Shown: piece by piece, positions 25,918 through 40,999 of the stretch | How positions within the stretch are numbered: position 1 is the first letter of the stretch | How the letters are laid out: the number at the start of each line of letters is the position of its first letter | Source: Eledone cirrhosa | Taxonomy: Eukaryota | Length of the DNA stretch: 64,000 nt | Direction of reading: 5' to 3' | Assembly (NCBI GenBank): GCA_964016885.1 | Contig: OZ024741.1 | Span: 189,224,001-189,288,000, forward strand | Notes under the pieces: generated by a model | Database searches by the model: none | What the model was told of the DNA's origin: nothing | What the model saw: only the letters and a program-made list of their open reading frames with translations | Translations under genes and position numbers: made by a program

Positions 25918-26283
25918 ATATATATAGGAAAATAGTCAGGACCCCGACAGCTGAGCTCTGGCCGTTTCGACAGCTAGATCCGAACTGTTCGGAACTCAGC
26001 CATTGTGGCCTTGACTCTTTTCCTATTACCCACTCTACTACCCTAAGTATCGAGTATTCTGGTGCATTATGGTCCATCTGGTATCTTACCACACCCTCTT
26101 TGTTATATATATATATTCAATTAGAGAAAGTTGATTGATTGAAAAGCAGCTGACTTTTACATAACATGTCAAGCACTCAATAGTTTATGTTTATCCAGAG
26201 TTTTATTACAATAATAAATAAGTAAGACGGATACGTTATAAAACAAATAGGGATGGACTAATGTATCTGTCTTACTTGTTTTA

Positions 26284-26470
26284 CGGTGGATTGGCAGTAT
26301 CGGTAGAGGGTTGGGCGCCATGCTTTGCAGCAAAGAGTTACAGCCCTTTATGATCTGATTTCAAATCCCACCGAGGTTAACTTTGCCTTTCATCCATACG
26401 GGGTCGATAAAATAAAGTACCAGTGATACACTGGATAATTGCTGGCCTTTTACCAAAAGTAGAAACAATT
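26284..26470 (+). mobile_element. SINE family S2
   Basis: Matches 47274-47463. Confidence 0.8.
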
Positions 26471-26489
26471 ATGTATATATATATATTTA

Positions 26490-29400
26490 TCTCTATATAT
26501 ATAAAATGCTAGATGTCTGTCTGTGTGTGTGTATGATTTTTATGCATTTCCACATTTCTCTACCGATTTTGATGAATTTTTTCCAATGTGCTCCAAATTT
26601 ACCAGGGCAGGTCAACGCGTAATTATTTTTGCCAAAAATTTCTTGCTTCTATGAAAAAAAAATCGATAAAACTAAATACATGCTGTAACCCTCTCTCTTA
26701 CACGCTTCATTCCTCTCATTACCCTCAATCTCCTCTGCAACTCTCTTTAAAAGGTTACTGCCTCCGTCTACTACCCTATCACCATTACAATTTAGAACAA
26801 CGACAAAACTTCTTTTGAAGGAACGCGACACAAACTTTGATAACCCTCTCTCTTACACACTTCATTCCTCTCACTACCCTCAATCTCCTCTGTAACTCTC
26901 TTTAAAAGGTTACTGCCTCCGTCTCCATTACAGTTTAGAACAATGACAAAACTTCTCTCTCTCTATAATAGATCATTCACCCTCTTCGTTTGTCATACAT
27001 CAAATATCAAAATTTAAAAAGCTGATAACACTAAATACATACTGCTCTCTCAACGTTACATTTTACATCAAATAACAAATATTCAAAAGCAACAAATGAA
27101 TTTATAAAACAACAAACGTAACAATAGCGACGCTTAAGCATTCATTTACTTGAATCTCAACAAAGACATTATATTTTATTGTTGTCCTTTTTGTAATTTT
27201 CTTTCTTTGTTTTTCTCAATATGAGACAAAAAATTAATGAGAAAACTTTTTTCACAAACGTCCGATTTCGATGATTTATTTTCCAGTGTGCTCCAAAATA
27301 ACGCCCCTGTTTACGCTCTTTTGTGCTATAACTCAGACAGGCTTGGCTTACAGGTTTGACCTATTATTTGACGTGCATTCTTCATAGATCTTACTTAGTA
27401 CTCACTTTCCACTTACTCACCGTTCAATTGAAAGTTTTGGCTACTCCCCCTTTCATGCTCCATTACCTGCATAAATATTTACGTGTTCGGTCCTGCTACA
27501 ACATAATAAAAGTTCATTTGAAAATTTTCGCTACCAAACACATTCTTTGAATCTACGGTCATGCCACCCCAAAAAAGACCACGACTTAGTCGCGAAACTA
27601 AAGCTGCTTCTGCTGCCAAACGAAGAAGAGCTACAGAGTTGTCCGTAGAAAAATTGACTGGGTTGTCACAAAATGCAACTCGAAATGCAATTACCCGGGC
27701 AACCAAGACAGACAAAAAGAGGAGCATCCGCCTTTCCGGAAATGCATTTGTAACTGCAGTTGCACGTGCAGCGCAAACTGATGAACAACATTCTCGACGA
27801 CGAAGCAAAAATGCTGCCTCCACCGCTGCGGCACGTGATAGTAAGGACGAAGAACACCGTTGCAGACGACGACGAAGAGATGCCGCCTCAACTGCTGCGT
27901 CACGTGCTGCCGAGGACGAAGGGCAGCGTTCCAGATGTGAACGTACGGACGCCGCTTCAACAGCTTCCGTTCACACATCAGAGAGTGCGCAAATTCAATT
28001 ACAAAGGCTAAACGAGGCACACAGAGGATCAGTTGCACTCAGTGGTCTCATAAGGCTTTCCACTATGACCCAACAGTAAACTATGCACTGATGCCAGAAG
28101 TTCAGATTGGATCCATGTCTGTCATTTGCCAATATTGTCAGGCAAAAAAATGGCCTGTGGAGACTTCAGGGATGTGCTGCTCTGACGGCAAAGTGAAACT
28201 GTCTCCTCTACAGGAACCACCGCAGCCTTTGAAGTCTCTACTGACCGGTGCCACAGCGGAGTCGGAACATTTCCTTCAATGTTCCAGGAGATATAACGCT
28301 GCCTTCCAAATGACCCCTTTCTGAGCTAACATCATACGCGAGGACGGCTTCATGCCTACCTTTAAAGTTCAAGGACAAATTTACCACAGAATCGGTTTGC
28401 TACTGCCCACGACAGACGGACAGCCCCCATTCCTACAGCTATACTTTGTCACTGACTATTTGGACCAAGTGGAACGACACGCTTCAATTTCGCCTGGCAC
28501 AGACATGAAAATTCTGTTGCAACTCCAGAGAATGCTGCACGAAAACAACTACATTCGCAGTTTTAAATGCGCATTGGAAGCTGCTCCGTTACCAAATTTT
28601 GCTGTTATAATCGAGACATCAGGGAATGCAACCGGCCGATGGGTGGAGTACCTCTACTGCTGTATGGCGATTTTCAACAAACTGTTCCAAAAGCCACCAG
28701 GGCCGACACTGTGGGGGCTTGCATTAAGTCATCTCCCCTGTGACAGGAAGTGACAATCCTGACTCTCACAACAAACATGAGAGCCCAACTGCTCAGCGAC
28801 CACTCAGCAGCCGACTTCTCAAAGGACCCCTTAACAGTTGGTGACGGCACTGCACCTTCAGATGCAGTTGGAGAAATGGCAGTCTTGCAAGTAGGCACCG
28901 TTGTCGACACTGTTGACGACCTCACAGCCTCTGTCTTTCCCAATATGGCGACCAACTACAAAAACACGAGTTGGCTCTGTGATAGAGCCATATTGGCTCC
29001 CAAAAATGTCTCCGTTGCAAAAATCAATGAGGACCTTCTGCAACGCATTCCTAGAAACCTCCATACCTACAAATCTGTGGACAAAGTGGTGGACAAAGAT
29101 GAGGTGGACGATTTTCCAACAGAATTCCTCAATTCCTTGGACCTCTCTAGACTGCCACCTCATGAACTGCGCGTCAAAGTTGGGACTCCAGTCATGCTGT
29201 TGAGGAACCTGGAACCACCACGTCTCTGCAACGGAACACGGTTAGTGGTAAGAAACCTCCTGCCGCATGTAATTGAAGCCACAACTCTCATGGGCTGCGG
29301 CGCTGGAGAAAACGTCTTCATACCCAGAATACCATTAACTCCATCAGGTACGGAATGCCCCTGTACTCTGCACTGACTTCAATTCCCCGTTAAACTTTGC

Positions 29401-29766
29401 TTCGCGATGTCAATCAACAAGTCCCAAGGCCAAACGCTATCAACAGCAGGCCTGCATTTAGCCCAGCCGTGCTTCTCACACGGCCAATTATACGTCGCAT
29501 ACTCAAGAGTGGGATGCAAGCAGAACTTATTCATACTTGCGCCCAAAGGCAGAACAAAAATGTGGTCTACAGAGAGGTGTTGTGACTCCTCTATTCAGCA
29601 CCACTGCAGTCTTGCCAGTCTGACATATGGTGAGTAGATGCTATTGTTGTATATTTTCAAACTTACCCGTATTTACTTTCAATGCCTCAATATTCATAAT
29701 TGAGTGGAATCATTAAAAGTACTTTAAAGCAATTAAACTTCGAGCAACGCCGGGCACTTCTGCTAG
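26490..29766 (+). mobile_element. Internally deleted Helitron with both termini
   Basis: A|TC 5' end; 3' CGAGCAACGCCGGGCAC..CTAG|T; RepHel remnants inside; ~150-bp internal duplication at 26686-26955. Confidence 0.9.
27561..29600 (+). pseudogene. Disrupted RepHel: N-terminal repeats, zinc finger, N-domain, C-terminal half of PIF1-like helicase
   Basis: CQYCQAKKW..MCC, YNAAFQM, FKVQGQIYHRIG, FLQLYF, then [53 protein letters not shown]. Confidence 0.9.
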
Positions 29767-29828
29767 TATATATATATATATAAATATATATATATATACA
29801 TATATACAGTATATATATGTATATATAT

Positions 29829-32189
29829 ATCATCATCATCATCATCATCAACGTTTAACGTCCGTGTTCCACGCTTGCATGGGTTTGGACGGGGGTAGTC
29901 CCACTTGAGGCAAGAGTGATTGTCTTGCTCGCATAGGACTGTCTGGCAGGTTTTCTACAGTTGGATGCCCTTCCTAACACCAACCACATTTACAGTGTGG
30001 GTCTGGGAGGTTTTTACCGTGTTGCCTACACGGCCACATTACAGCGTGGACTGTGTGTTTTTTTGTCGTGACACCTACACGATCTCATTTGTTTCGGCCT
30101 CGATGGCGCGGCACCAACATAACTTTACATAGAACGGGGTGGTGTGGATCGGGTGGGGGTGGGGGTGGTGGGACGGGGTGTATTTTGTTAGAGATGCCTA
30201 CTGGCTGGAGTAGGTTTTACTATATATTTAGGTAAGGCGGGTCTTCTCTGTTACTGAGTACCGCCAAAGGTCTCGGTCCAGTGACATTGTCTTGGAGAGG
30301 TGTAAGTGTGTGATGTCGGAGTTTATCAGCTCGTCCCAGGTTTTTCTAGGTCTGCCTATTCCGTGACTACCGTCTATCTTTATTGCCCTGCACTTTGTTA
30401 TACAGCTATCGACTTTCATGCGCATCACGTGTCCATACCAACGTAGCCTTCTCTCGAGTAAACAACAACATCTGATCCCTCTTATCTCTAATTTATTCCT
30501 TAGTTCGTTTATGCTTTGCCGTTCACGTATATTACTGTTACACATCCAGCGGAGCATGCAAGCTTCGTTCCTCTCTAGTCTGCGTATATCCTCTGCACAC
30601 AATGCCCAGGTCTCACTGCCATGCAGCATTGCTGTTCGTATGCAGGCATCGTACAACCTGCCTTTCATTTTTAGTGAGAACCCTTTAGCAGCTAATAGTG
30701 GTATAAGCTCTCTGAACTTTTTCCAACCAGTTCTGACTCTAGCTACAGTACTTTCAGAGCACCCTCCCCCACTGCTGATTTTATCGCCCAGGTAACGGAA
30801 GCTGTCCACTATTTCTATAGAACCCTCTGCGCAATTGAAAGAGCTAGTAGTTTGTGGGCACTTGCTGCTACTTATTGCACCAGAGCACCGGCCACATGTA
30901 AAATCTATGTTCTTAGTTAGCTTACCTGTGATCCCACTACATCTTTTATGCACCCATACTTTGCATTTAGGACATAAAATGGAGTTTCTACCTACGCCTT
31001 TCCTACACACCGAGCACGACCATTTCCCAGAAGGGACCGCCGCCTTGTTTTCTTTCCTACAAACTAGTACTTTGGTCTTAGCCAGGTTAATTTTAAGTCC
31101 TTTTGACTCTAGGCCGTGCTTCCATGTTTGGAATTTCTTCTCTAGCTCGGCCATTGATTCCGCTATGAGTGTCAGGTCGTCTGCGTATAGGAGTTCCCAT
31201 GGGCAGCCTGTCTTGAACTCCTCTGTTATAGCCTGAAGGGCAATAATAAATAGTAGTGGACTGAGAACAGAGCCCTGATGGACGCCGACTTTTACGCTAA
31301 ACTCTTCACTATATTCGTTGTTAATTCTAACCTTGCTGACTGTTTCTTTATACATGGCTTGTATAGCCCTCACAAGCCATTCGTCAACGCCTAGTTTTCT
31401 AAGAGCCCACCAGATAATGGAGCGGGGGACTCTGTCGAAGGCTTTCTCCAAGTCGACAAAAGCTAAGTAGAGGGGTTTACCTTTAGCTAGGTACTTCTCC
31501 TGTAGTTGTCGTATTATGAAAAGAGCGTCTGTGGTACTTTTGCCTGACACAAACCCGAACTGCATTTCATCTAGGTCAATTCTCTCTCTGATTAGTTGCG
31601 CTATTACTCTTTCCGTGACCTTCATGACCTGGTCGATTAATTTAATGCCTCTATAGTTACTCCTATCTAGGGCGTCTCCTTTACCCTTATAACAGTTAAC
31701 GATGATGCTGCTATGCCAGTCCTTCGGAACAACCCCGTTCTGTACGACTTGGTTAACTATGCGGGTGACCATGGTGTGTCCCACCGTGCCAGATGCCTTC
31801 AGCATCTCAGCAACTATTTCCGAAGGCCCAGCCGCCTTACCAGTCTTCATATCCTTGATTGCCTTACTTATTATACTCCCCTCGACTAACACTGCTGGTC
31901 CCTCTATTGGGTCGATATGGGGGAGACTGCCTTTCTCCCAATTATTCTCCTCATTTAGAAGCCTTTCATAGTGACACTTCCAAGCTACCTTCTTATCAGC
32001 GTCGGTGATGGCAAGTGTGCCATCGTCGTTTAGTACACACTTCTCCCCGACAATATCACGGTTTTCCTTGACGCATTGCCTAGCAATCCTGAACACCTCA
32101 CGTTTTTGGTCATCGCGTTGTAGAACATGCTTGAACTTTCTTTCCTCAGCTTCCCTTCTTGCTAAGTACACTTGTCTCCTAGCTTCCCT
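29829..32189 (-). mobile_element. Young 5'-truncated RTE family A copy (open 647-aa RT frame at 30228-32171)
   Basis: Near-identical to 55677-58033, with about five amino-acid differences seen; YADD intact. Confidence 0.95.
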
Positions 32190-32324
32190 ATATACATTTA
32201 GGTTTGTTGGTTCACCACTGGATAGAACTGGCGGCCGACCTGATTAGAAACTGCTAAATGTGTGGCCGCCTTCTTATCGCTGCCTTTTCAGCCCCATGGA
32301 TTATATTCCTTTGTTAAATTTCGA

Positions 32325-32382
32325 ATACCTGATGATGTCACCGGATTCATACTGAACCCAGTCAGTGAAATGTTCATAGTAT
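32325..32382 (+). ncRNA. Type I hammerhead ribozyme (eroded stem II)
   Basis: ATAC-CTGATGA-...TTCA-TAC-TGAA...-GAAA-TGTTCA-TA^GTAT, followed by AATAAA. Confidence 0.6.
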
Positions 32383-32586
32383 AATAAACCTCTAAGGAAT
32401 TACACCAGTCCAGCCTCCTGTTATTTTATAATATATATATATATATATATTGAAGAGGTAAAATCCCACTCCAATGTAGCCACTCTGTATCTCATCAGGT
32501 ATCGAGTACCACCCTGATTTATGGTCTTGCTACTCTCTACACAACAGACATTCCACGTGTATGTGTGTGTATATATATATATATGT

Positions 32587-32937
32587 GGAGGCACATGGCT
32601 TAGTGGTTAGAGCATTGGCCTTGCAAACTAAAGGTTGTGAGTTCAATTCTCAGACCGGGTGATGTGTTGTTTCCTTGAGCAAGACACTTTATTTCACATT
32701 GCTCCAGTTTACTCAGCTGTAGCAATGAGATGATAGGGACTGGGGTCCATATCATTCCACTGCAAAGTAGACGTGTAGGTGCCACGGCTAAAAAGCACCC
32801 AGCACTCACTGTAAATGAGGTTGGTGTTAGGAAGGGCATCCAGCTGTAGAAATCAAGCCAGAATCAGTTCCCGTCCCACCCTTGCAAGCAGGGAAAAAGC
32901 AGACGTAAAATGGAATGATGATGATGATGATGATGAT
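32587..32937 (+). mobile_element. SINE family S1, full length
   Basis: TGGCTTAGTGG A box, GAGTTCAATTC B box, central core, RTE-like tail and (GAT)n. Confidence 0.85.
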
Positions 32938-32947
32938 ATATATATAT

Positions 32948-33011
<64 letters not shown>

Positions 33012-33331
33012 TAGGTATATACACACACACACACACACACATACATGCATATATATATATATATACACACACACATGTGTGAAATATACATACAGATACA
33101 CACTCATACACGTACACTTGTTGTTCATGTGATGTGTTTACAGTGTTCTGTGATCCATCATTGCCGATGTAGAGCAGATGTTTACGAAATACAAAACACT
33201 GTCATGGTGGGTGACAATGTGGAGGGGGGGGGTCACTATTGAGACACTGAAATAGCAGCAAGTCACTATTGTTATGACATTATACTTCATAAAAGTGTCA
33301 TTATCATCATTTTTATCATAATCACCATCAC

Positions 33332-33364
<33 letters not shown>

Positions 33365-33398
33365 CAGAAGCAGTATCATTATCATCATCCTCAATGTC

Positions 33399-36300
33399 AT
33401 CACCACTGCCACCACCACCACTGTCACCACCACCACTGCCACCACCACCACTGTCACCACCACCACTGCCACCACCACCACTGTCACCATCACCACTGTC
33501 ACCACCACCACTGTCACCACCACCACTGTCACCACCACCACTGTCACCATCACCACTGTCACCACCACCACTGTCACCACCACCACTGTCACCATCACCA
33601 TTGTCACCACCACCACTGTCACCACCACCACTGTCACCACCACCACTGTCACCACCACCACTGTCACCACCACCACTGTCACCATCACCACTGTCACCAC
33701 CACCACTGTCACCACCACCACTGTCACCATCACCATTGTCACCACCACCACTGTCACCACCACCACTGTCACCATCACCACTGTCACCACCACCACTGCC
33801 ACCATCACCACTGTCACCACCACCACTGTCACCACCACCACTGCCACCACCACCACTGTCACCATCACCACTGTCACCACCACCACTGTCACCACCACCA
33901 CTGTCACCACCACCACTGTCACCACCACCACTGTCACCATCACCACTGTCACCACCACCACTGTCACCATCACCACTGTCACCACCACCACTGTCACCAC
34001 CACCACTGTCACCACCACCACTGTCACCATCACCACTGCCACCATCACCACTGTCACCACCACCACTGTCACCACCACCACTGTCACCACCACCACTGTC
34101 ACCATCACCACTGTCACCACCACCACTGTCACCACCACCACTGTCACCATCACCACTGTCACCACCACCACTGTCACCACCACCACTGTCACCATCACCA
34201 CTGTCACCACCACCACCATCACCACCACCACTGTCACCACCACCACTGTCACCACCACCACTGTCACCATCACCACTGTCACCACCACCACTGTCACCAC
34301 CACCACTGTCACCATCACCACTGTCACCACCACCACCATCACCACCACCACTGTCACCACCACCACTGTCACCACCACCACTGTCACCATCACCACTGTC
34401 ACCACCACCACTGTCACCACCACCACTGTCACCATCACCACTGTCACCACCACCACTGTCACCACCACCACTGTCACCACCACCACTGTCACCACCACCA
34501 CTGTCACCACCACCACTGTCACCACCACCACTGTCACCACCACCACTGTCACCACCACCACTGTCACCATCACCACTGCCACCATCACCACTGTCACCAC
34601 CACCACTGTCACCACCACCACTGTCACCACCACCACTGTCACCATCACCACTGTCACCATCACCACCGTCACCACCACCACTGTCACCACCACCACTGTC
34701 ACCATCACCACTGTCACCATCACCACTGTCACCATCACCACTGTCACCACCACCACTGTCACCACCACCACTGTCACCACCACCACTGTCACCACCACCA
34801 CTGTCACCACCACCACTGTCACCACCACTACTGTCACCACCACTACTGTCACCACCACCACTGTCACCACCACCACTGTCACCATCACCACTGTCACCAC
34901 CACCACTGTCACCACCACCACTGTCACCACCACCACTGTCACCACCACCACTGTCACCACCACCACTGTCACCACCACCACTGTCACCACCACCACTGTC
35001 ACCATCACCACTGCCACCATCACCACTGTCACCACCACCACTGTCACCACCATCACTGTCACCACCACCACTGTCACCATCACCACTGTCACCATCACCA
35101 CCGTCACCACCACCACTGTCACCACCACCACTGTCACCATCACCACTGTCACCATCACCACTGTCACCATCACCACTGTCACCACCACCACTGTCACCAC
35201 CACCACTGTCACCACCACCACTGTCACCACCACCACTGTCACCACCACCACTGTCACCACCACTACTGTCACCACCACTACTGTCACCACCACCACTGTC
35301 ACCACCACCACTGTCACCACCACTACTGTCACCACCACCACTGTCACCACCACCACTGTCACCACCACCACTGTCACCATCACCACTGTCACCACCACCA
35401 CTGTCACCACCACCACTGTCACCACCACCACTGTCACCACCACCACTGTCACCATCACCACTGTCACCATCACCACTGTCACCACCACCACTGTCACCAC
35501 CACCACTGTCACCACCACCACTGTCACCACCACCACTGTCACCATCACCACTGTCACCACCACCACTGTCACCACCACCACTGTCACCATCACCACTGTC
35601 ACCATCACCACTGTCACCACCACCACTGTCACCACCACCACTGTCACCACCACCACTGTCACCACCACCACTGTCACCACCACCACTGTCACCATCACCA
35701 CTGTCACCACCACCACCACTGTCACCATCACCACTGTCACCACCACCACTGTCACCACCACCACTGTCACCATCACCACTGTCACCACCACCACCACTGT
35801 CACCATCACCACTGTCACCACCACCACTGTCACCATCACCACTGTCACCATCACCACCATCACCACTGTCACCATCACCACTGTCACCACCACCACTGTC
35901 ACCACCACCACTGTCACCACCACCACTGTCACCACCACCACTGTCACCACCACCACTGTCACCACCACCACTGTCACCACCACCACTGTCACCACCACCA
36001 CTGTCACCACCACCACTGTCACCACCACCACTGCCACCACCACCACTGTCACCACCACCACTGTCACCACCACCACTGTCACCACCACCACTGTCACCAT
36101 CACCACTGTCACCACCACCACTGTCACCACCACCACCACTGCCACAATCACCACTGTCACCACCACCACTGTCACCACCACCACTGTCACCACCACCACT
36201 GCCACCACCACCACTGTCACCACCACCACTGTCACCACCACCACTGTCACCACCACCACTGTCACCACCACCACTGTCACCACCACCACTGTCACCACCG

Positions 36301-39300
36301 CCACTGTCACCACCACCACTGTCACCATCACCACTGTCACCACCACCACTGTCACCACCACCACTGTCACCACCACCACTGTCACCACCACCACTGTCAC
36401 CACCACCACTGTCACCACCACCACTGTCACCACCACCACTGTCACCACCACCACTGCCACCACCACCACTGTCACCATCACCACTGTCACCACCACCACT
36501 GTCACCACCACCACTGTCACCACCACCACTGTCACCACCACCACTGTCACCATCACCACTGTCACCACCACCACTGTCACCATCACCACTGTCACCACCA
36601 CCACTGTCACCACCACCACTGTCACCACCACCACTGTCACCATCACCACTGCCACCATCACCACTGTCACCACCACCACTGTCACCACCACCACTGTCAC
36701 CACCACCACTGTCACCATCACCACTGTCACCACCACCACTGTCACCACCACCACTGTCACCATCACCACTGTCACCACCACCACTGTCACCACCACCACT
36801 GTCACCATCACCACTGTCACCACCACCACCATCACCACCACCACTGTCACCACCACCACTGTCACCACCACCACTGTCACCATCACCACTGTCACCACCA
36901 CCACTGTCACCACCACCACTGTCACCATCACCACTGTCACCACCACCACCATCACCACCACCACTGTCACCACCACCACTGTCACCACCACCACTGTCAC
37001 CATCACCACTGTCACCACCACCACTGTCACCACCACCACTGTCACCATCACCACTGTCACCACCACCACTGTCACCACCACCACTGTCACCACCACCACT
37101 GTCACCACCACCACTGTCACCACCACCACTGTCACCACCACCACTGTCACCACCACCACTGTCACCACCACCACTGTCACCATCACCACTGCCACCATCA
37201 CCACTGTCACCACCACCACTGTCACCACCACCACTGTCACCACCACCACTGTCACCATCACCACTGTCACCATCACCACCGTCACCACCACCACTGTCAC
37301 CACCACCACTGTCACCATCACCACTGTCACCATCACCACTGTCACCATCACCACTGTCACCACCACCACTGTCACCACCACCACTGTCACCACCACCACT
37401 GTCACCACCACCACTGTCACCACCACCACTGTCACCACCACTACTGTCACCACCACTACTGTCACCACCACCACTGTCACCACCACCACTGTCACCACCA
37501 CTACTGTCACCACCACCACTGTCACCACCACCACTGTCACCACCACCACTGTCACCATCACCACTGTCACCACCACCACTGTCACCACCACCACTGTCAC
37601 CACCACCACTGTCACCACCACCACTGTCACCATCACCACTGTCACCATCACCACTGTCACCACCACCACTGTCACCACCACCACTGTCACCACCACCACT
37701 GTCACCACCACCACTGTCACCATCACCACTGTCACCACCACCACTGTCACCACCACCACTGTCACCATCACCACTGTCACCATCACCACTGTCACCACCA
37801 CCACTGTCACCACCACCACTGTCACCACCACCACTGTCACCACCACCACTGTCACCACCACCACTGTCACCATCACCACTGTCACCACCACCACCACTGT
37901 CACCATCACCACTGTCACCACCACCACTGTCACCACCACCACTGTCACCATCACCACTGTCACCACCACCACCACTGTCACCATCACCACTGTCACCACC
38001 ACCACTGTCACCATCACCACTGTCACCATCACCACCATCACCACTGTCACCATCACCACTGTCACCATCACCACTGTCACCACCACCACTGTCACCACCA
38101 CCACTGTCACCACCACCACTGTCACCACCACCACTGTCACCACCACCACTGTCACCACCACCACTGTCACCACCACCACTGTCACCACCACCACTGTCAC
38201 CACCACCACTGCCACCACCACCACTGTCACCACCACCACTGTCACCACCACCACTGTCACCACCACCACTGTCACCATCACCACTGTCACCACCACCACT
38301 GTCACCACCACCACCACTGCCACAATCACCACTGTCACCACCACCACTGTCACCACCACCACTGTCACCACCACCACTGCCACCACCACCACTGTCACCA
38401 CCACCACTGTCACCACCACCACTGTCACCACCACCAATGTCACCACCACCACTGTCACCACCACCACTGTCACCACCACCACTGTCACCACCACCACTGT
38501 CACCACCACCACTGTCACCACCACCACTGTCACCACCACCACTGTCACCACCACCACTGTCACCACCACTGTCACCACCACCACTGTCACCACCACCACT
38601 GTCACCACCACCACTGCCACCACCACCACTGTCACCATCACCACTGTCACCACCACCACTGTCACCACCACCACTGTCACCATCACCACTGTCACCACCA
38701 CCACCATCACCACCACCACTGTCACCACCACCACTGTCACCACCACCACTGTCACCATCACCACTGTCACCACCACCACTGTCACCACCACCACTGTCAC
38801 CATCACCACTGTCACCACCACCACCATCACCACCACCACTGTCACCACCACCACTGTCACCACCACCACTGTCACCATCACCACTGTCACCACCACCACT
38901 GTCACCACCACCACTGTCACCATCACCACTGTCACCACCACCACTGTCACCACCACCACTGTCACCACCACCACTGTCACCACCACCACTGTCACCACCA
39001 CCACTGTCACCACCACCACTGTCACCACCACCACTGTCACCACCACCACTGTCACCATCACCACTGCCACCATCACCACTGTCACCACCACCACTGTCAC
39101 CACCACCACTGTCACCACCACCACTGTCACCATCACCACTGTCACCATCACCACCGTCACCACCACCACTGTCACCACCACCACTGTCACCATCACCACT
39201 GTCACCATCACCACTGTCACCATCACCACTGTCACCACCACCACTGTCACCACCACCACTGTCACCACCACCACTGTCACCACCACCACTGTCACCACCA

Positions 39301-40712
39301 CCACTGTCACCACCACTACTGTCACCACCACTACTGTCACCACCACCACTGTCACCACCACCACTGTCACCACCACTACTGTCACCACCACCACTGTCAC
39401 CACCACCACTGTCACCACCACCACTGTCACCATCACCACTGTCACCACCACCACTGTCACCACCACCACTGTCACCACCACCACTGTCACCACCACCACT
39501 GTCACCATCACCACTGTCACCATCACCACTGTCACCACCACCACTGTCACCACCACCACTGTCACCACCACCACTGTCACCACCACCACTGTCACCATCA
39601 CCACTGTCACCACCACCACTGTCACCACCACCACTGTCACCATCACCACTGTCACCATCACCACTGTCACCGCCACCACTGTCACCACCACCACTGTCAC
39701 CACCACCACTGTCACCACCACCACTGTCACCACCACCACTGTCACCATCACCACTGTCACCACCACCACCACTGTCACCATCACCACTGTCACCACCACC
39801 ACTGTCACCACCACCACTGTCACCATCACCACTGTCACCACCACCACCACTGTCACCATCACCACTATCACCACCACCACTGTCACCATCACCACTGTCA
39901 CCATCACCACCATCACCACTGTCACCATCACCACTGTCACCATCACCACTGTCACCACCACCACTGTCACCACCACCACTGTCACCACCACCACTGTCAC
40001 CACCACCACTGTCACCACCACCACTGTCACCACCACCACTGTCACCACCACCACTGTCACCACCACCACTGTCACCACCACCACTGCCACCACCACCACT
40101 GTCACCACCACCACTGTCACCACCACCACTGTCACCACCACCACTGTCACCATCACCACTGTCACCACCACCACTGTCACCACCACCACCACTGCCACAA
40201 TCACCACTGTCACCACCACCACTGTCACCACCACCACTGTCACCACCACCACTGCCACCACCACCACTGTCACCACCACCACTGTCACCACCACCACTGT
40301 CACCACCACCACTGTCACCACCACCACTGTCACCACCACCACTGTCACCACCACCACTGTCACCACCACCACTGTCACCACCACCACTGTCACCACCACC
40401 ACTGTCACCACCACTGTCACCACCACCACTGTCACCACCACCACTGTCACCACCACCACTGCCACCACCACCACTGTCACCATCACCACTGTCACCACCA
40501 CCACTGTCACCACCACCACTGTCACCACCACCACTGTCACCATCACCACTGTCACCACCACCACTGTCACCATCACCACTGTCACCACCACCACTGTCAC
40601 CACCACCACTGCCACCACCACCACTGTCACCACCACCACCACTGTCACCACCACCACTGTCACCACCACCACTGCCACCACCACCACTGTCACCATCACC
40701 ACTGTCACCACC
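33399..40712. repeat. 7.3-kb minisatellite, 15-bp unit CCACCACCACTGTCA (~490 units) with higher-order repeats
   Basis: Read directly. Rare variants recur at spacings of 2178 and 1875 bp. Confidence 0.97.
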
Positions 40713-40999
40713 ATAGCTAGCGTCACTATAATCACCAGCCATTAATCACTGCTTGTTATTGCCATATTCATTATGTCCATATTTTCTTTCGTCAGTAACC
40801 TTCCTCTCTTCTCTACATCCCTCCTCTCCATCATCATCATCTGTGTCATCCTAATTGTTTTCATTATCAATATCATTAATGTTAATCATATAACAACATT
40901 TGGCTTATACCTAATTTCATACACACACACACATATATACATGTATGTATGTATATATATGAAAGTCCCTGGTTTAAAACATTAGTAGAGTATATATAC

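Noticed and set aside
30418-32247. Antisense ORFs over RTE copies (also 41055-42005 and 55664-57445)
   Set aside because: Shadow frames of the RTE coding strand.
32587-32660. tRNA genes at A/B-box sequences
   Set aside because: They continue into SINE bodies and tails; no complete cloverleaf was seen.
33138-40742. 2534-, 2482- and 2440-aa ORFs as genes (extensin-like or Gly-rich proteins)
   Set aside because: The 15-bp unit lacks stops in three frames, so long ORFs arise automatically. There is no signal peptide and the flanking codons come from trinucleotide microsatellites.
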